In this document: positions 1-8,575 of the stretch, in pieces
Numbering within the stretch: the first letter of the stretch is position 1
Layout of the letters: each line of letters begins with the position of its first letter
NCBI GenBank assembly: GCA_045594545.1
Contig: JAZNYQ010000073.1
Span: forward strand, 1 to 50,587
Reading direction: 5' to 3'
DNA from: Eubacteriales bacterium
GTDB lineage: Bacteria; Bacillota; Clostridia; Oscillospirales; UMGS1783
Length of the DNA stretch: 50,587 nt
The notes under the pieces: generated by a model
What the model was told of the DNA's origin: nothing
What the model saw: the letters and a program-made list of their open reading frames with translations, nothing else
The model's database searches: none
Translations under genes and position numbers: made by a program

Positions 1-37
1 ACTCCCGCAATAAGCGTATCGTGTCTTTCTCGACCAT
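1..37 (-). CDS. 5' fragment of a CDS running off the window edge (MVEKDTIRLLRE...), conserved-looking clostridial hypothetical
   Basis: ATG at 37 preceded by an AAGGAGTG SD-like sequence; open frame to the window edge. Confidence 0.55.
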   Translation of the reverse strand, partial: MVEKDTIRLLRE

Positions 38-72
38 AAACTCTCACTCCTTCTTTTGAAAGTGTGACCCGT

Positions 73-1479
73 TTATGCGCGATTATTCAACATCTCCTCG
101 ATCTTCTTGATCTTTTGTTCTAAACATTCCGCATCACGCAAATATTCATACGGATACTTCGGCGAATAGATTCGCTGCGGCGAACCGCTTCCCAAAATCT
201 TGGTCGAACTCCCCGCTCCTGCGCCAATTACCGATCCCAGATCATCCATCATGATCATATTGTATAGCGACGCCGTATCGGGTTTAGCCCAACCCGTGTT
301 CTCCAATGCCGCCACCGCGTGCTTTTGCTTGTATAAGTAGTAGGGCTCGTACCCGCACTCAATCAATCGCGCAATCGACCCGTTTACCATCTGCGACGCC
401 GCTCTCGATCGCACAATATCCGCCCCGCTATGCTTCAGATCACTCCCCTGCTTAATGCAAAGCGAATGCACGGTAATATTCTGCACCCCCAAAGCCAAAA
501 CACCCTCTAACGACCGAGAAAATCCTTCCTCTGTATCATTCGGCAACCCCGCAATCAAATCACAGTTAACGGCTCGAAAATCAAACCTCTTGGCCGCCTG
601 CATGGCCGCCTCAAATTGCTCGGTCGTGTGCCGCCGCCCAATCGAGAATAGAATCGCATCGTCTAAGGTCTGCGGATTGATGCAAATGCGATCCGCTCCA
701 CCCTCATGTACCGCCGCCAATTTCTCCTCGGTGATCACATCCGGCCGCCCAAGTTCCACCGTAAACTCCATCAGATGCTCACCAAAACAATCCCGAACCA
801 TCCAACAAAGCCCGTCCAGCTGCTCCGCCGACAAAGTTGCAGGCGTGCCTCCGCCTATGTAAACGGTCCGCACCCGCAGCCCTCGCCGCTCCACCATCTG
901 CGCAATGAGTAAAATCTCCCGCTGCAATGCCGCAAGATATGCGGGAATCAACGCCAGCATCTTCTCACCCGCCCCCGAAATAAAGGAGCAGTAGGTGCAC
1001 CGAGTCGGACAAAACGGGATGGATAGGTATAGGGAAATATCCTCAAATGCCGTCGGCACTGCTATATTATTACGTACCCGCACAACATCGGCACATAACT
1101 GCGCTTTATGCTCGGCCATTTCAAAAGTCTTGGCAAATGCCGCTACCGAAAGCCCCATCCGCCCAAACTCCCGCGCCGGTCGAATCCCCGTAAATACACC
1201 CCAGTCCGGTTTAAAGTTTGTATACTTTACGGCAACCGCAAAAAAGGAGCGCTTGACCGCATCCCGCACCGCATGATCGTCTGTACCGTCACAAGCAATA
1301 AAGGCCTCGCACTCCCCATTTTCTGCACGCAAAACCGTGCGGCAACCCCACATCGGCTGCCGCACCATCTCGCTGACCACCTCAGGAAACCCCTCATGCG
1401 TACTCTCACCGGGAAAAAACGCCGAAGCCATGCTCTGCAGGTCATACAATCTCTGATGTCCGATACATATCAGTTTCAT
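73..1479 (-). CDS. hemZ: HemZ-type radical SAM coproporphyrinogen dehydrogenase-like protein
   Basis: CxxxCxxC motif (CPTRCTYC), WGVFTGIRP, YIGGGTP, PYYLYKQK; start moved to MKLICI (1479), just after the upstream stop; typical rel-MBL-hemZ order. Confidence 0.9.
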   Translation of the reverse strand: MKLICIGHQRLYDLQSMASAFFPGESTHEGFPEVVSEMVRQPMWGCRTVLRAENGECEAFIACDGTDDHAVRDAVKRSFFAVAVKYTNFKPDWGVFTGIRPAREFGRMGLSVAAFAKTFEMAEHKAQLCADVVRVRNNIAVPTAFEDISLYLSIPFCPTRCTYCSFISGAGEKMLALIPAYLAALQREILLIAQMVERRGLRVRTVYIGGGTPATLSAEQLDGLCWMVRDCFGEHLMEFTVELGRPDVITEEKLAAVHEGGADRICINPQTLDDAILFSIGRRHTTEQFEAAMQAAKRFDFRAVNCDLIAGLPNDTEEGFSRSLEGVLALGVQNITVHSLCIKQGSDLKHSGADIVRSRAASQMVNGSIARLIECGYEPYYLYKQKHAVAALENTGWAKPDTASLYNMIMMDDLGSVIGAGAGSSTKILGSGSPQRIYSPKYPYEYLRDAECLEQKIKKIEEMLNNRA

Positions 1480-1483
1480 AATG

Positions 1484-2116
1484 TTAGAAAAACGGATTAA
1501 ATGTCTTCTCGCGTACCATGTCGGTTGCCGGCCCATGTCCCGGATATACAACCAAATGATCGGGCAACGCCTTGACAATGTCTAACGTATGCGCCATCTT
1601 CTCCGGCTGACTTTCCGGAAAATCGGTACGCCCGATCGTCCCCCGCATCAGCGTATCCCCCGTAAACACAACATCATCGCACAAAATCAGCATACTCCCG
1701 CCCGTGTGCCCCGGCACCGAACAAAAGGTAAAATGCAGACTCCCAACATCCAAAGTCTCTCCGTCAAATACCAACCGATGCGGCCGTATATAGGCTTCCC
1801 GTATCATCTGCTCCGACTTGGGCGGGAATACATAACGGGTAATACCGCCACCCTGCTCAAACAAGGAGGCATCCGCCCCGTTCATGACCACCTGCGCTCC
1901 CGTCTGTTCAGCAACCGCGCGCCCCGCAAAGGTATGATCATAATGCCCATGCGTAAAGAGGATATACTTTACATCAACACCCATCGCCTCAATCTCCGAC
2001 AGAATGCGGTCAGCGTGAAAACCGGGGTCGATCACAACACCAAACCCACTGGTTTCGTCCTTGATGATATAGCAATTGGTCTCCAACGGGCCAAGCGGCA
2101 AACAGGAAATCTTCAT
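1484..2116 (-). CDS. MBL-fold metallo-hydrolase (glyoxalase II-like)
   Basis: THGHYDH motif, PGHTGGS, FTGDTL, YPGHG. Confidence 0.92.
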   Translation of the reverse strand: MKISCLPLGPLETNCYIIKDETSGFGVVIDPGFHADRILSEIEAMGVDVKYILFTHGHYDHTFAGRAVAEQTGAQVVMNGADASLFEQGGGITRYVFPPKSEQMIREAYIRPHRLVFDGETLDVGSLHFTFCSVPGHTGGSMLILCDDVVFTGDTLMRGTIGRTDFPESQPEKMAHTLDIVKALPDHLVVYPGHGPATDMVREKTFNPFF

Positions 2117-4281
2117 TAGTTTACACCTCTGGTAATTTGAATCACACTCGGAATCTTGCGTAACCGACTGGTCACCGACTCCAAATGTCCAAGATTCTTA
2201 ATGTCAATCGTAACCGTCAGCACAACCTCATCCTCATTCATCTCCCTTGCCGAGAGCTGATGGATCATCACGTGCAAGGCCGCCAATGCCGTCGTCACAT
2301 CAGCCGCCAACCCGATACGGTTGTGCGCCAAAATGTTAAGGGTGGCCGCAAACCACTTATCCTCATAATAATCCCACGACACCCCGATCAGCCGCGCCGC
2401 ACCGTCAGCCGAACCGATCATGTTTTTCACGTTGGGGCAGTCACTCTTGTGCACCGACACCCCGTATCCACGGGTAATAAACCCAACGATCTCATCCCCC
2501 GGCAACGGATTACAGCAATGCGAAAGTTTAACAAGACAGTTATCAATGCCCTCCACGATCACGCCGCCCGACGCACGGGATACCGGCACCTTGCCGTCTA
2601 CCTTGGTGATCTCAGGCGCTGCAGGCTTACGCAAAGCACGGTATTCGTCGATCATCTTGGGCATGATCTTGGTGATCAAAAGCCCGCCGTAGCCTACCGT
2701 CGCATACAATTCTTCCTCATCCTTCATCGAGAATCGGGAACATGCCGAAGCGATTAGGGTATCATGGATCTCCCCGCTGAGCGGTATGCCGTTTTTGCGC
2801 ATCTCCCGCTCAATATCGTCCCGTCCCTTGACAATGTTCTCTTCTCTCTTCTCTCGCTTGAAGTATTGCCGAATCTTCGCACGCGCCCCATTGGTGCGTA
2901 CCATGTTCAGCCAGTCACGGGACGGCCCGCGCTGAGCCGAAGTCGTCAAAACTTCTACAACATCCCCGTTGCTGAGCGAATAGGACAACTCCACGATCTT
3001 GCCGTTGACCTTAGCCCCGATCATGCTATTACCCACTGCCGTGTGTATGTTGTAAGCAAAATCGATCGGATTCGATCCCGCCGGCAGATTGATGACATCC
3101 CCCTTGGGTGTGAATACAAATACCTGATCGGCAAACAGATTGACCTTCAGATCCCGCATGAAATCCTCATTGTCGGTGTGCTCCCCCTGCTCCTCTAAAA
3201 GCGAACGGATCCACTCCAGTTTGCTGTCGATCGAATCACTGCCGGTAATCCCGCCTTTGTATTTCCAATGCGCCGCAATACCAAACTCGGCCACCCGATG
3301 CATCTCCCATGTGCGGATCTGCACCTCAAACGATACCCCCTCACGAGAGAGAACGACCGTGTGCAAGGATTGGTACATGTTCGGCTTGGGCGTCGAAATG
3401 TAATCTTTGAACCGCCCGGGCAGCGGCGTGAACATATCGTGAATCATGCCCAAGACGTTGTAACAATCGGGCACACTGTCCACAATGACACGCACCGCAA
3501 ACAAGTCATAGATCTCATCAAAGGTATGATTCTGTGTGTACATCTTGTTATATACACTGTAGATCTGCTTGATGCGCGAATCAATGCTGAATTTGATGTT
3601 GGCTTCTCCAAACCGAGCCGACATCTTCTCTTTCACCGCCCGCAACATCTGATCGCCGTGATCGTAGATCGCGCTGATATCCCGCTCGATCTCTGCATAC
3701 CCGATCGGATCCAGATAGGATAACGAAATATCCTGCAACTCCGCTTTAATGCGGCGCATACCTAAGCGATCCGCCAACGGCGCAAAGATCTGCATCGTCT
3801 CAAAAGAGATCTCCCGTTGCTTGGCCTCCGTCTTAAAGGAGAGGGTGCGCATATTATGCAAGCGGTCGGCCAGTTTGATGAGAATGACACGAATATCCTG
3901 CACCATCGCCAATAACATCTTGCGCAAATTCTCCGCCTGCTCGTCTTCCTCGGTGTTGTAATTGATCTTGCTCAGTTTGGATAGGCCGTCCACGATCAGC
4001 AACACATCCGCCCCAAACTCCTTGCGAATGGTGGCCGGTGAAAGATCGGTATCTTCCAGCGTGTCATGCAATAACGCCGCCACTACCATATCGGTATCGC
4101 AGTCCATTCCAACCAAAATTAACGCCACCTCAACCGGATGCGAAATGTAAGGCTCACCCGATTGCCGCATCTGCTCCCCGTGCACCTCTCTGGCAATGTC
4201 ATAAGCGCGCAGGATCTTTTCCATATCCAATTGTGTCCTACGGGAGGCAATCCCGTCGATCAATTTCTTTTTGTAATCCAT
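2116..4281 (-). CDS. relA: Bifunctional (p)ppGpp synthetase/hydrolase Rel (RelA/SpoT)
   Basis: HD domain (LLHDTLED), LADRLHNMRTL, KPNMYQSLHT, EVQIRT, TGS and C-terminal ACT domains. Confidence 0.97.
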   Translation of the reverse strand: MDYKKKLIDGIASRRTQLDMEKILRAYDIAREVHGEQMRQSGEPYISHPVEVALILVGMDCDTDMVVAALLHDTLEDTDLSPATIRKEFGADVLLIVDGLSKLSKINYNTEEDEQAENLRKMLLAMVQDIRVILIKLADRLHNMRTLSFKTEAKQREISFETMQIFAPLADRLGMRRIKAELQDISLSYLDPIGYAEIERDISAIYDHGDQMLRAVKEKMSARFGEANIKFSIDSRIKQIYSVYNKMYTQNHTFDEIYDLFAVRVIVDSVPDCYNVLGMIHDMFTPLPGRFKDYISTPKPNMYQSLHTVVLSREGVSFEVQIRTWEMHRVAEFGIAAHWKYKGGITGSDSIDSKLEWIRSLLEEQGEHTDNEDFMRDLKVNLFADQVFVFTPKGDVINLPAGSNPIDFAYNIHTAVGNSMIGAKVNGKIVELSYSLSNGDVVEVLTTSAQRGPSRDWLNMVRTNGARAKIRQYFKREKREENIVKGRDDIEREMRKNGIPLSGEIHDTLIASACSRFSMKDEEELYATVGYGGLLITKIMPKMIDEYRALRKPAAPEITKVDGKVPVSRASGGVIVEGIDNCLVKLSHCCNPLPGDEIVGFITRGYGVSVHKSDCPNVKNMIGSADGAARLIGVSWDYYEDKWFAATLNILAHNRIGLAADVTTALAALHVMIHQLSAREMNEDEVVLTVTIDIKNLGHLESVTSRLRKIPSVIQITRGVN

Positions 4282-4282
4282 A

Positions 4283-6301
4283 TTATCCTTTCAGCCGCTT
4301 CCATAGCGCTGATTGCGTTAAATTTTTCTTCTCGTTGCAACAGTTGACTAAAATGCGAACCTGCCGCCCCATCGGATGCAACTCCGCCATCTTCAATTCA
4401 CTGAGCACCCCCAGCGACAGCATCAACTGCGAGTAATGAAAAGGCTTGCCGAACGCCCGCGAAATGCGCCGCGCCATTACCGACGGATAGCGGGGCGTAT
4501 CCGCATCCGCCTCCCCCATCGTTCGCAATAAATAACTGTATACGTCGATCACGTCCTTGCGGTCGGGTATCGCCGCTTCCGGCAAACGGTCAAGCTCTCC
4601 CGCCATAAACTGCTCGTATTCCCGCTCATATCCTTCCGCCAAACAGCATTGCGATACCTCGATCTTCTTGATGATCAGTTGTAACTGCTCGGAATGTTTA
4701 CTCGTATTAACGTCCAGCGCATATACAATATCCACCAGATCCCCCGCCGAGCATCGCAACTCCCGCAACGTGTGTCCAAACATCAGCCCCGTAAACCGAC
4801 GCCCGTTCTTTTCTAAGGATAAGCGCAAATGCCTCACATTCGCCAAAGGCATCAATTCTTCCAATAACACCTCTTTGGTCACGAACAACGGCTGCGGATT
4901 TTCCATACCGTACGGCTCCAGTTTTTGAAGCTGATGCGCCAGATTCATGGTGATCTGCTCCACATCCAGCACCGCCGAAACCGATAGCCCCGGCGCATAT
5001 CCCGCATCCGAACAGACCCGCTCGGCCCGATGAATCAACGCCTCTTTCAAGGCCGGTATGTTTTCTTCTTTCACCGTAAAGCCGGCCGCCAGTTCATGCC
5101 CGCCGAATTCATCCAGCAGATGAGCACTCTCCCCCATCGCCGCAAACATATTAAATCCCTTCACACTGCGGGCACTGCCCCGTCCGATTCCGTGGCTTAC
5201 CGATACGATCACACACGGTAAGGCATACCGATCCACCAACCGCGACGCCACAATACCGGCAATGCCGTTGGGCCAGTCTTCCACGCAAAGGAATAACAAC
5301 CGCTGTCCCTCTTGGTTCGGCTCCTGCTCCACCATCGTCGAGGCCGCTTCAACCGCGCCGCTCTCGATCTGTTGCCGCTCTCGGTTGAATTGCATCAACT
5401 TCTCCGCGTATTGATGTGCCTGCGCCGCTTGATCGGTGCATAACAACTCAACGGCCAACTCCGAATGATCCACCCGCCCCGCCGCATTGAGCCGAGGCGC
5501 GATCACAAAACCCGCACAGGATGCCGTAATGGCACGGTTGAAGTTGTAACTTGCACTGCGAAGCAAAATGTCAATCCCTAATCGCCGCTTGCTCTGCATC
5601 TGCCGCAGTCCCATTTTGACTAATGAACGATTCTCATCGGTCAGCGGCATGGCATCGGCCACCGTACCGATGGCCACCAGATCACAATACCGATCCAGCT
5701 CCTCAGTCGGATTGCCCCGCAGCGCCGCCAGCGCGCAAATGAGTTTGAGCGCCACACCCGCGCCCGATAAATGCGGATAGGGATAGGTCTCTCCCTCTCG
5801 TTTTGGATCAAGCACCGCATATACCTTTGGCAATACCGATTTACATTCGTGATGATCGGTCACGATCACATCCGCCGCCATATCCCCAACGCCCTCACTC
5901 AGCGCCGAGATCCCGCAGTCCACCGTAATGATCAGATCAATCCCTTTCGTGATCTCCGAAACTTCGCCGCGCCAAAAGGCGGCAATCCGATCGGTAGGGG
6001 GAATGTAGTACTGCACATCCGCACCGACCGAGCGCAGATACTGAACCGTCACCGCCGTGGCCGTAATGCCGTCGGCATCCGAATCGCCCACGATCAAGAT
6101 CTTTTCCTGTCCATCCACCGCCCGCCAGATGCGTTCTACCGCCCGCGGCATATCCCGCATCGTCATCGGGTCGTGGAAGATCACATGGGAATCCGAAAGA
6201 AAATCACGGGCATGGTCAACCGAGTCAATGCCCCGCTCGATTAAAATATCGGCTAAAATACTGTCGATGCCGCAAGCATCCGCTAACATCTGACCGTCCA
6301 T
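4283..6301 (-). CDS. recJ: ssDNA-specific exonuclease RecJ
   Basis: GDSDADG, ITVDCGI, TDHH, IGTVAD, PRLNAAGR, GSARS, FGGHELAAG, LEPYGMENPQP. Confidence 0.93.
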   Translation of the reverse strand: MDGQMLADACGIDSILADILIERGIDSVDHARDFLSDSHVIFHDPMTMRDMPRAVERIWRAVDGQEKILIVGDSDADGITATAVTVQYLRSVGADVQYYIPPTDRIAAFWRGEVSEITKGIDLIITVDCGISALSEGVGDMAADVIVTDHHECKSVLPKVYAVLDPKREGETYPYPHLSGAGVALKLICALAALRGNPTEELDRYCDLVAIGTVADAMPLTDENRSLVKMGLRQMQSKRRLGIDILLRSASYNFNRAITASCAGFVIAPRLNAAGRVDHSELAVELLCTDQAAQAHQYAEKLMQFNRERQQIESGAVEAASTMVEQEPNQEGQRLLFLCVEDWPNGIAGIVASRLVDRYALPCVIVSVSHGIGRGSARSVKGFNMFAAMGESAHLLDEFGGHELAAGFTVKEENIPALKEALIHRAERVCSDAGYAPGLSVSAVLDVEQITMNLAHQLQKLEPYGMENPQPLFVTKEVLLEELMPLANVRHLRLSLEKNGRRFTGLMFGHTLRELRCSAGDLVDIVYALDVNTSKHSEQLQLIIKKIEVSQCCLAEGYEREYEQFMAGELDRLPEAAIPDRKDVIDVYSYLLRTMGEADADTPRYPSVMARRISRAFGKPFHYSQLMLSLGVLSELKMAELHPMGRQVRILVNCCNEKKNLTQSALWKRLKG

Positions 6302-6416
6302 GATCTTCCCCCTTTCCCAAAGATATATATAATATACCCAATTATAATATTATAAAATTATATCACACATCTTTCCCTCTTTCAACACAAAAATATAAAG
6401 AAAAAGAGGCAGCCGT

Positions 6417-6680
6417 TGAGGTGCACTCCGTAAGGAAGTGCACCTCAGCTAAGTTTGCCCTTTGGGGCACGTGAAGTGATCTTCGATCGTGAAGTTGTCC
6501 TATGGACAGTGAAGTTTCGCTTACGGCGAAATGGGCAGGCTTAACTTCACATGGATATCCATCCATACTTCACTGCGAGTGAAACGAGCCACTTCACTTT
6601 TGCGTCAGCAAAAATTTCACGTAACGAGCAGGACAATTAAATATATAATTGTTTTGACAAAAGTGTCATTTTTGCGTTAC
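6417..6680. repeat. Non-coding element of GTGAAGT/ACTTCAC heptamers separated by short hairpins
   Basis: GTGAAGT at 6471, 6489, 6509; ACTTCAC at 6544, 6567, 6591 and ATTTCAC at 6614; each is followed by a small inverted repeat; 11-bp hairpin at 6417-6447. Confidence 0.85.
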
Positions 6681-6684
6681 ATAC

Positions 6685-6721
6685 AAAAACGGAGACAACT
6701 TCTTTACGAAATGTCTCCGTT
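6685..6721 (-). terminator. Intrinsic terminator of the 6726-7169 gene
   Basis: AACGGAGACA...TGTCTCCGTT stem with T-run on the minus strand. Confidence 0.7.
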
Positions 6722-6725
6722 CAGG

Positions 6726-7169
6726 CTACCCCCTATACTGTCTTTTGGTTTGCGGCATCCGATCAAGAATCATCTCTTTTACCTCTTTCTCGCACTTGTA
6801 TGCCTGTATTCGATACTTCCCGTGTGCCGTACGAACGGTGAGTATATCATCTGCGGCATACACATCGGTAATCTCCCGATACGCAACCGTAAACGCCACA
6901 CCCTTTTTCACCAATCGCCCCATCGAAACCCCTTTTATATACTGCTCATGCAATTCCACATACGATTTCTTCATGAACGTTACATCGGCAATCTGATCGA
7001 TAAGAAACAATCCCCAAACACACATCCCAACAACAGCATACTCAAACGAAACAAACAGAACGATCGCTATCTGCACAAGCCATCCCGGTATAAGAATCCA
7101 AGCCAGCGACTTGTAAATGGGGTAATCAAATTTATCCTTTGTTGAAATCAGGATTCCGTCCCTCGCCAT
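6726..7169 (-). CDS. Small membrane protein (2 predicted TM helices plus a beta-rich, PH-like soluble domain)
   Basis: Start reassigned to MARDG (7169) behind a GGAGGGG SD; two hydrophobic segments. Confidence 0.7.
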   Translation of the reverse strand: MARDGILISTKDKFDYPIYKSLAWILIPGWLVQIAIVLFVSFEYAVVGMCVWGLFLIDQIADVTFMKKSYVELHEQYIKGVSMGRLVKKGVAFTVAYREITDVYAADDILTVRTAHGKYRIQAYKCEKEVKEMILDRMPQTKRQYRG

Positions 7170-7183
7170 GGCTTCCCCTCCAA

Positions 7184-7340
7184 ATAAAAAAGTGTGCCCC
7201 AACAAAGGAGCACACCGAAAAAGCGCTTCCCTCATTGTTGTCACACAAGCTTAATTCCATTTCGGTATAAGCAAAAAGAGAAAACACTTTTTACCACAGT
7301 ATTTTCCCGAAATGGAATAAAAATATTTACTTGTGTGACA
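7184..7340 (-). ncRNA. Candidate ~155-nt structured sRNA or attenuator leader
   Basis: Starts right after a consensus sigma-A promoter; nested stems TGTCACACAAG/CTTGTGTGACA and ATTCCATTTCGG/CCGAAATGGAAT; ends in the terminator GTGTGCTCC-loop-GGGGCACAC-TTTTTT. Confidence 0.6.
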
Positions 7341-7345
7341 TGGCG

Positions 7346-7374
7346 AGTATATCACATCCTGCCCATTTTGTCAA
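7346..7374 (-). promoter_or_regulatory. sigma-A promoter driving the candidate sRNA/leader
   Basis: TTGACA-17 nt-TATACT with extended TG. Confidence 0.8.
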
Positions 7375-7423
7375 TATAACACAAAACTGCCAAGTCAACG
7401 CATGGCAGAGTTAAATTGAATAT

Positions 7424-7452
7424 TTGCTATTTTAATTCAGGTATGGTATAAT
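7424..7452 (+). promoter_or_regulatory. sigma-A promoter of the Fic gene
   Basis: TTGCTA-17 nt-TATAAT with extended TG. Confidence 0.7.
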
Positions 7453-7478
7453 AGTAATATACGAAATGAGGTGAACCT

Positions 7479-8531
7479 GTGAACGATATTTTTGAAGAGT
7501 ACCTACGCGACGAACCGCAGAAAAAGGAAAAAGGATATGCCTGGCATACCGCCATCGGTCTTCAGGCGGTCGACGGGCTGAATACCAGTGAATATTTGTT
7601 GGAAACGGCAAAAAAAAATATTGACGGAGATATTACCTTTGAACAGGCAAATCATCTGATTCACAGTTATTATAAAGAAAACATAGCACATACCGATACC
7701 GACCGAACCGAGGAAGCCGATAAGGTTTCGGTTCGCATTGCACAGTTGTTATCCGAAAAGTCTTTTGTCTTTTCCCCTGCTCAGTACATCTCCATTCATT
7801 CACAGTTGTTCAGCGGCATTTACAAACACGCCGGCAAAATCAGAGATTATAACATCACTAAAAATGAATGGGTTCTTGACGGGGACACCGTAATGTATGG
7901 GGGCGCCTTAGATCTCAAAGCCACCTTGGAGTATGATTTCTCAACTGAAAAAGCCTTTTCGTACAAAAATCTCTCGATGGATGAAATCATAAGACACTTA
8001 GCCGTATTTGTTTCTCATCTTTGGCAGATCCATATTTTTTCCGAGGGCAACACCAGAACAACCGCCGTTTTCTTTATTAAATATCTTCGCACCTTAGGCT
8101 TTGATGTTACCAATGACATTTTTGCCCAAAACGCATGGTACTTCCGCAACGCTTTGGTGCGTGCCAACTATACCAATCTAAAAAAAGGCATTCACGAAAC
8201 TACTGAGTATTTGGAACTGTTTTTGAGAAATCTCTTGCTCGGCGAAAACCACCCCCTCAAAAATCGCGATATGCACATTAGTGGTTCACTCTCCATCCCA
8301 AAGTGCCAAGACGAAATTACAAATGTCACTTTGGATGTCACTTTGGACGAAATGCAGGTTTTAACCTTACTTAGGCAAGACGGAAAACTGACTCAAAAGA
8401 AAATTGGGGAACAGATCGGCAAATCGGATAGAACCGTTAAACGAATTACCGCATCTCTCGAAGCCAAGAAATATATAGAACGAATAAACGGCAAACGTTT
8501 CGGATATTGGAAAGTAAATATTGACCGGTAG
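7479..8531 (+). CDS. Fic-domain protein with N-terminal VbhA-like region and C-terminal wHTH
   Basis: Fic motif variant HIFSEGNTRTTA; N-terminal AIGLQAVDGL; C-terminal HTH (TQKKIGEQIGKSDRTVKR); AT-richer than flanks. Confidence 0.88.
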   Translation: MNDIFEEYLRDEPQKKEKGYAWHTAIGLQAVDGLNTSEYLLETAKKNIDGDITFEQANHLIHSYYKENIAHTDTDRTEEADKVSVRIAQLLSEKSFVFSPAQYISIHSQLFSGIYKHAGKIRDYNITKNEWVLDGDTVMYGGALDLKATLEYDFSTEKAFSYKNLSMDEIIRHLAVFVSHLWQIHIFSEGNTRTTAVFFIKYLRTLGFDVTNDIFAQNAWYFRNALVRANYTNLKKGIHETTEYLELFLRNLLLGENHPLKNRDMHISGSLSIPKCQDEITNVTLDVTLDEMQVLTLLRQDGKLTQKKIGEQIGKSDRTVKRITASLEAKKYIERINGKRFGYWKVNIDR

Positions 8532-8534
8532 TGC

Positions 8535-8568
8535 AATACCCCCGCCTTAAAAAAGGCGGGGGTATTTT
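8535..8568. terminator. Bidirectional terminator between convergent genes
   Basis: AATACCCCCGCCTT/AAGGCGGGGGTATT inverted repeat. Confidence 0.85.
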
Positions 8569-8575
8569 CATGATC

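Noticed and set aside
6451-6620. Heptamer repeats as a CRISPR array
   Set aside because: Repeats are only 7 nt, spacers are about 11-17 nt and self-complementary, orientation flips midway, and there are no cas genes.
6363-7145. ORFs 6363-6566(-) and 6531-7145(+)
   Set aside because: They run across the hairpin element or antisense to a better-supported gene; no SD or motifs.
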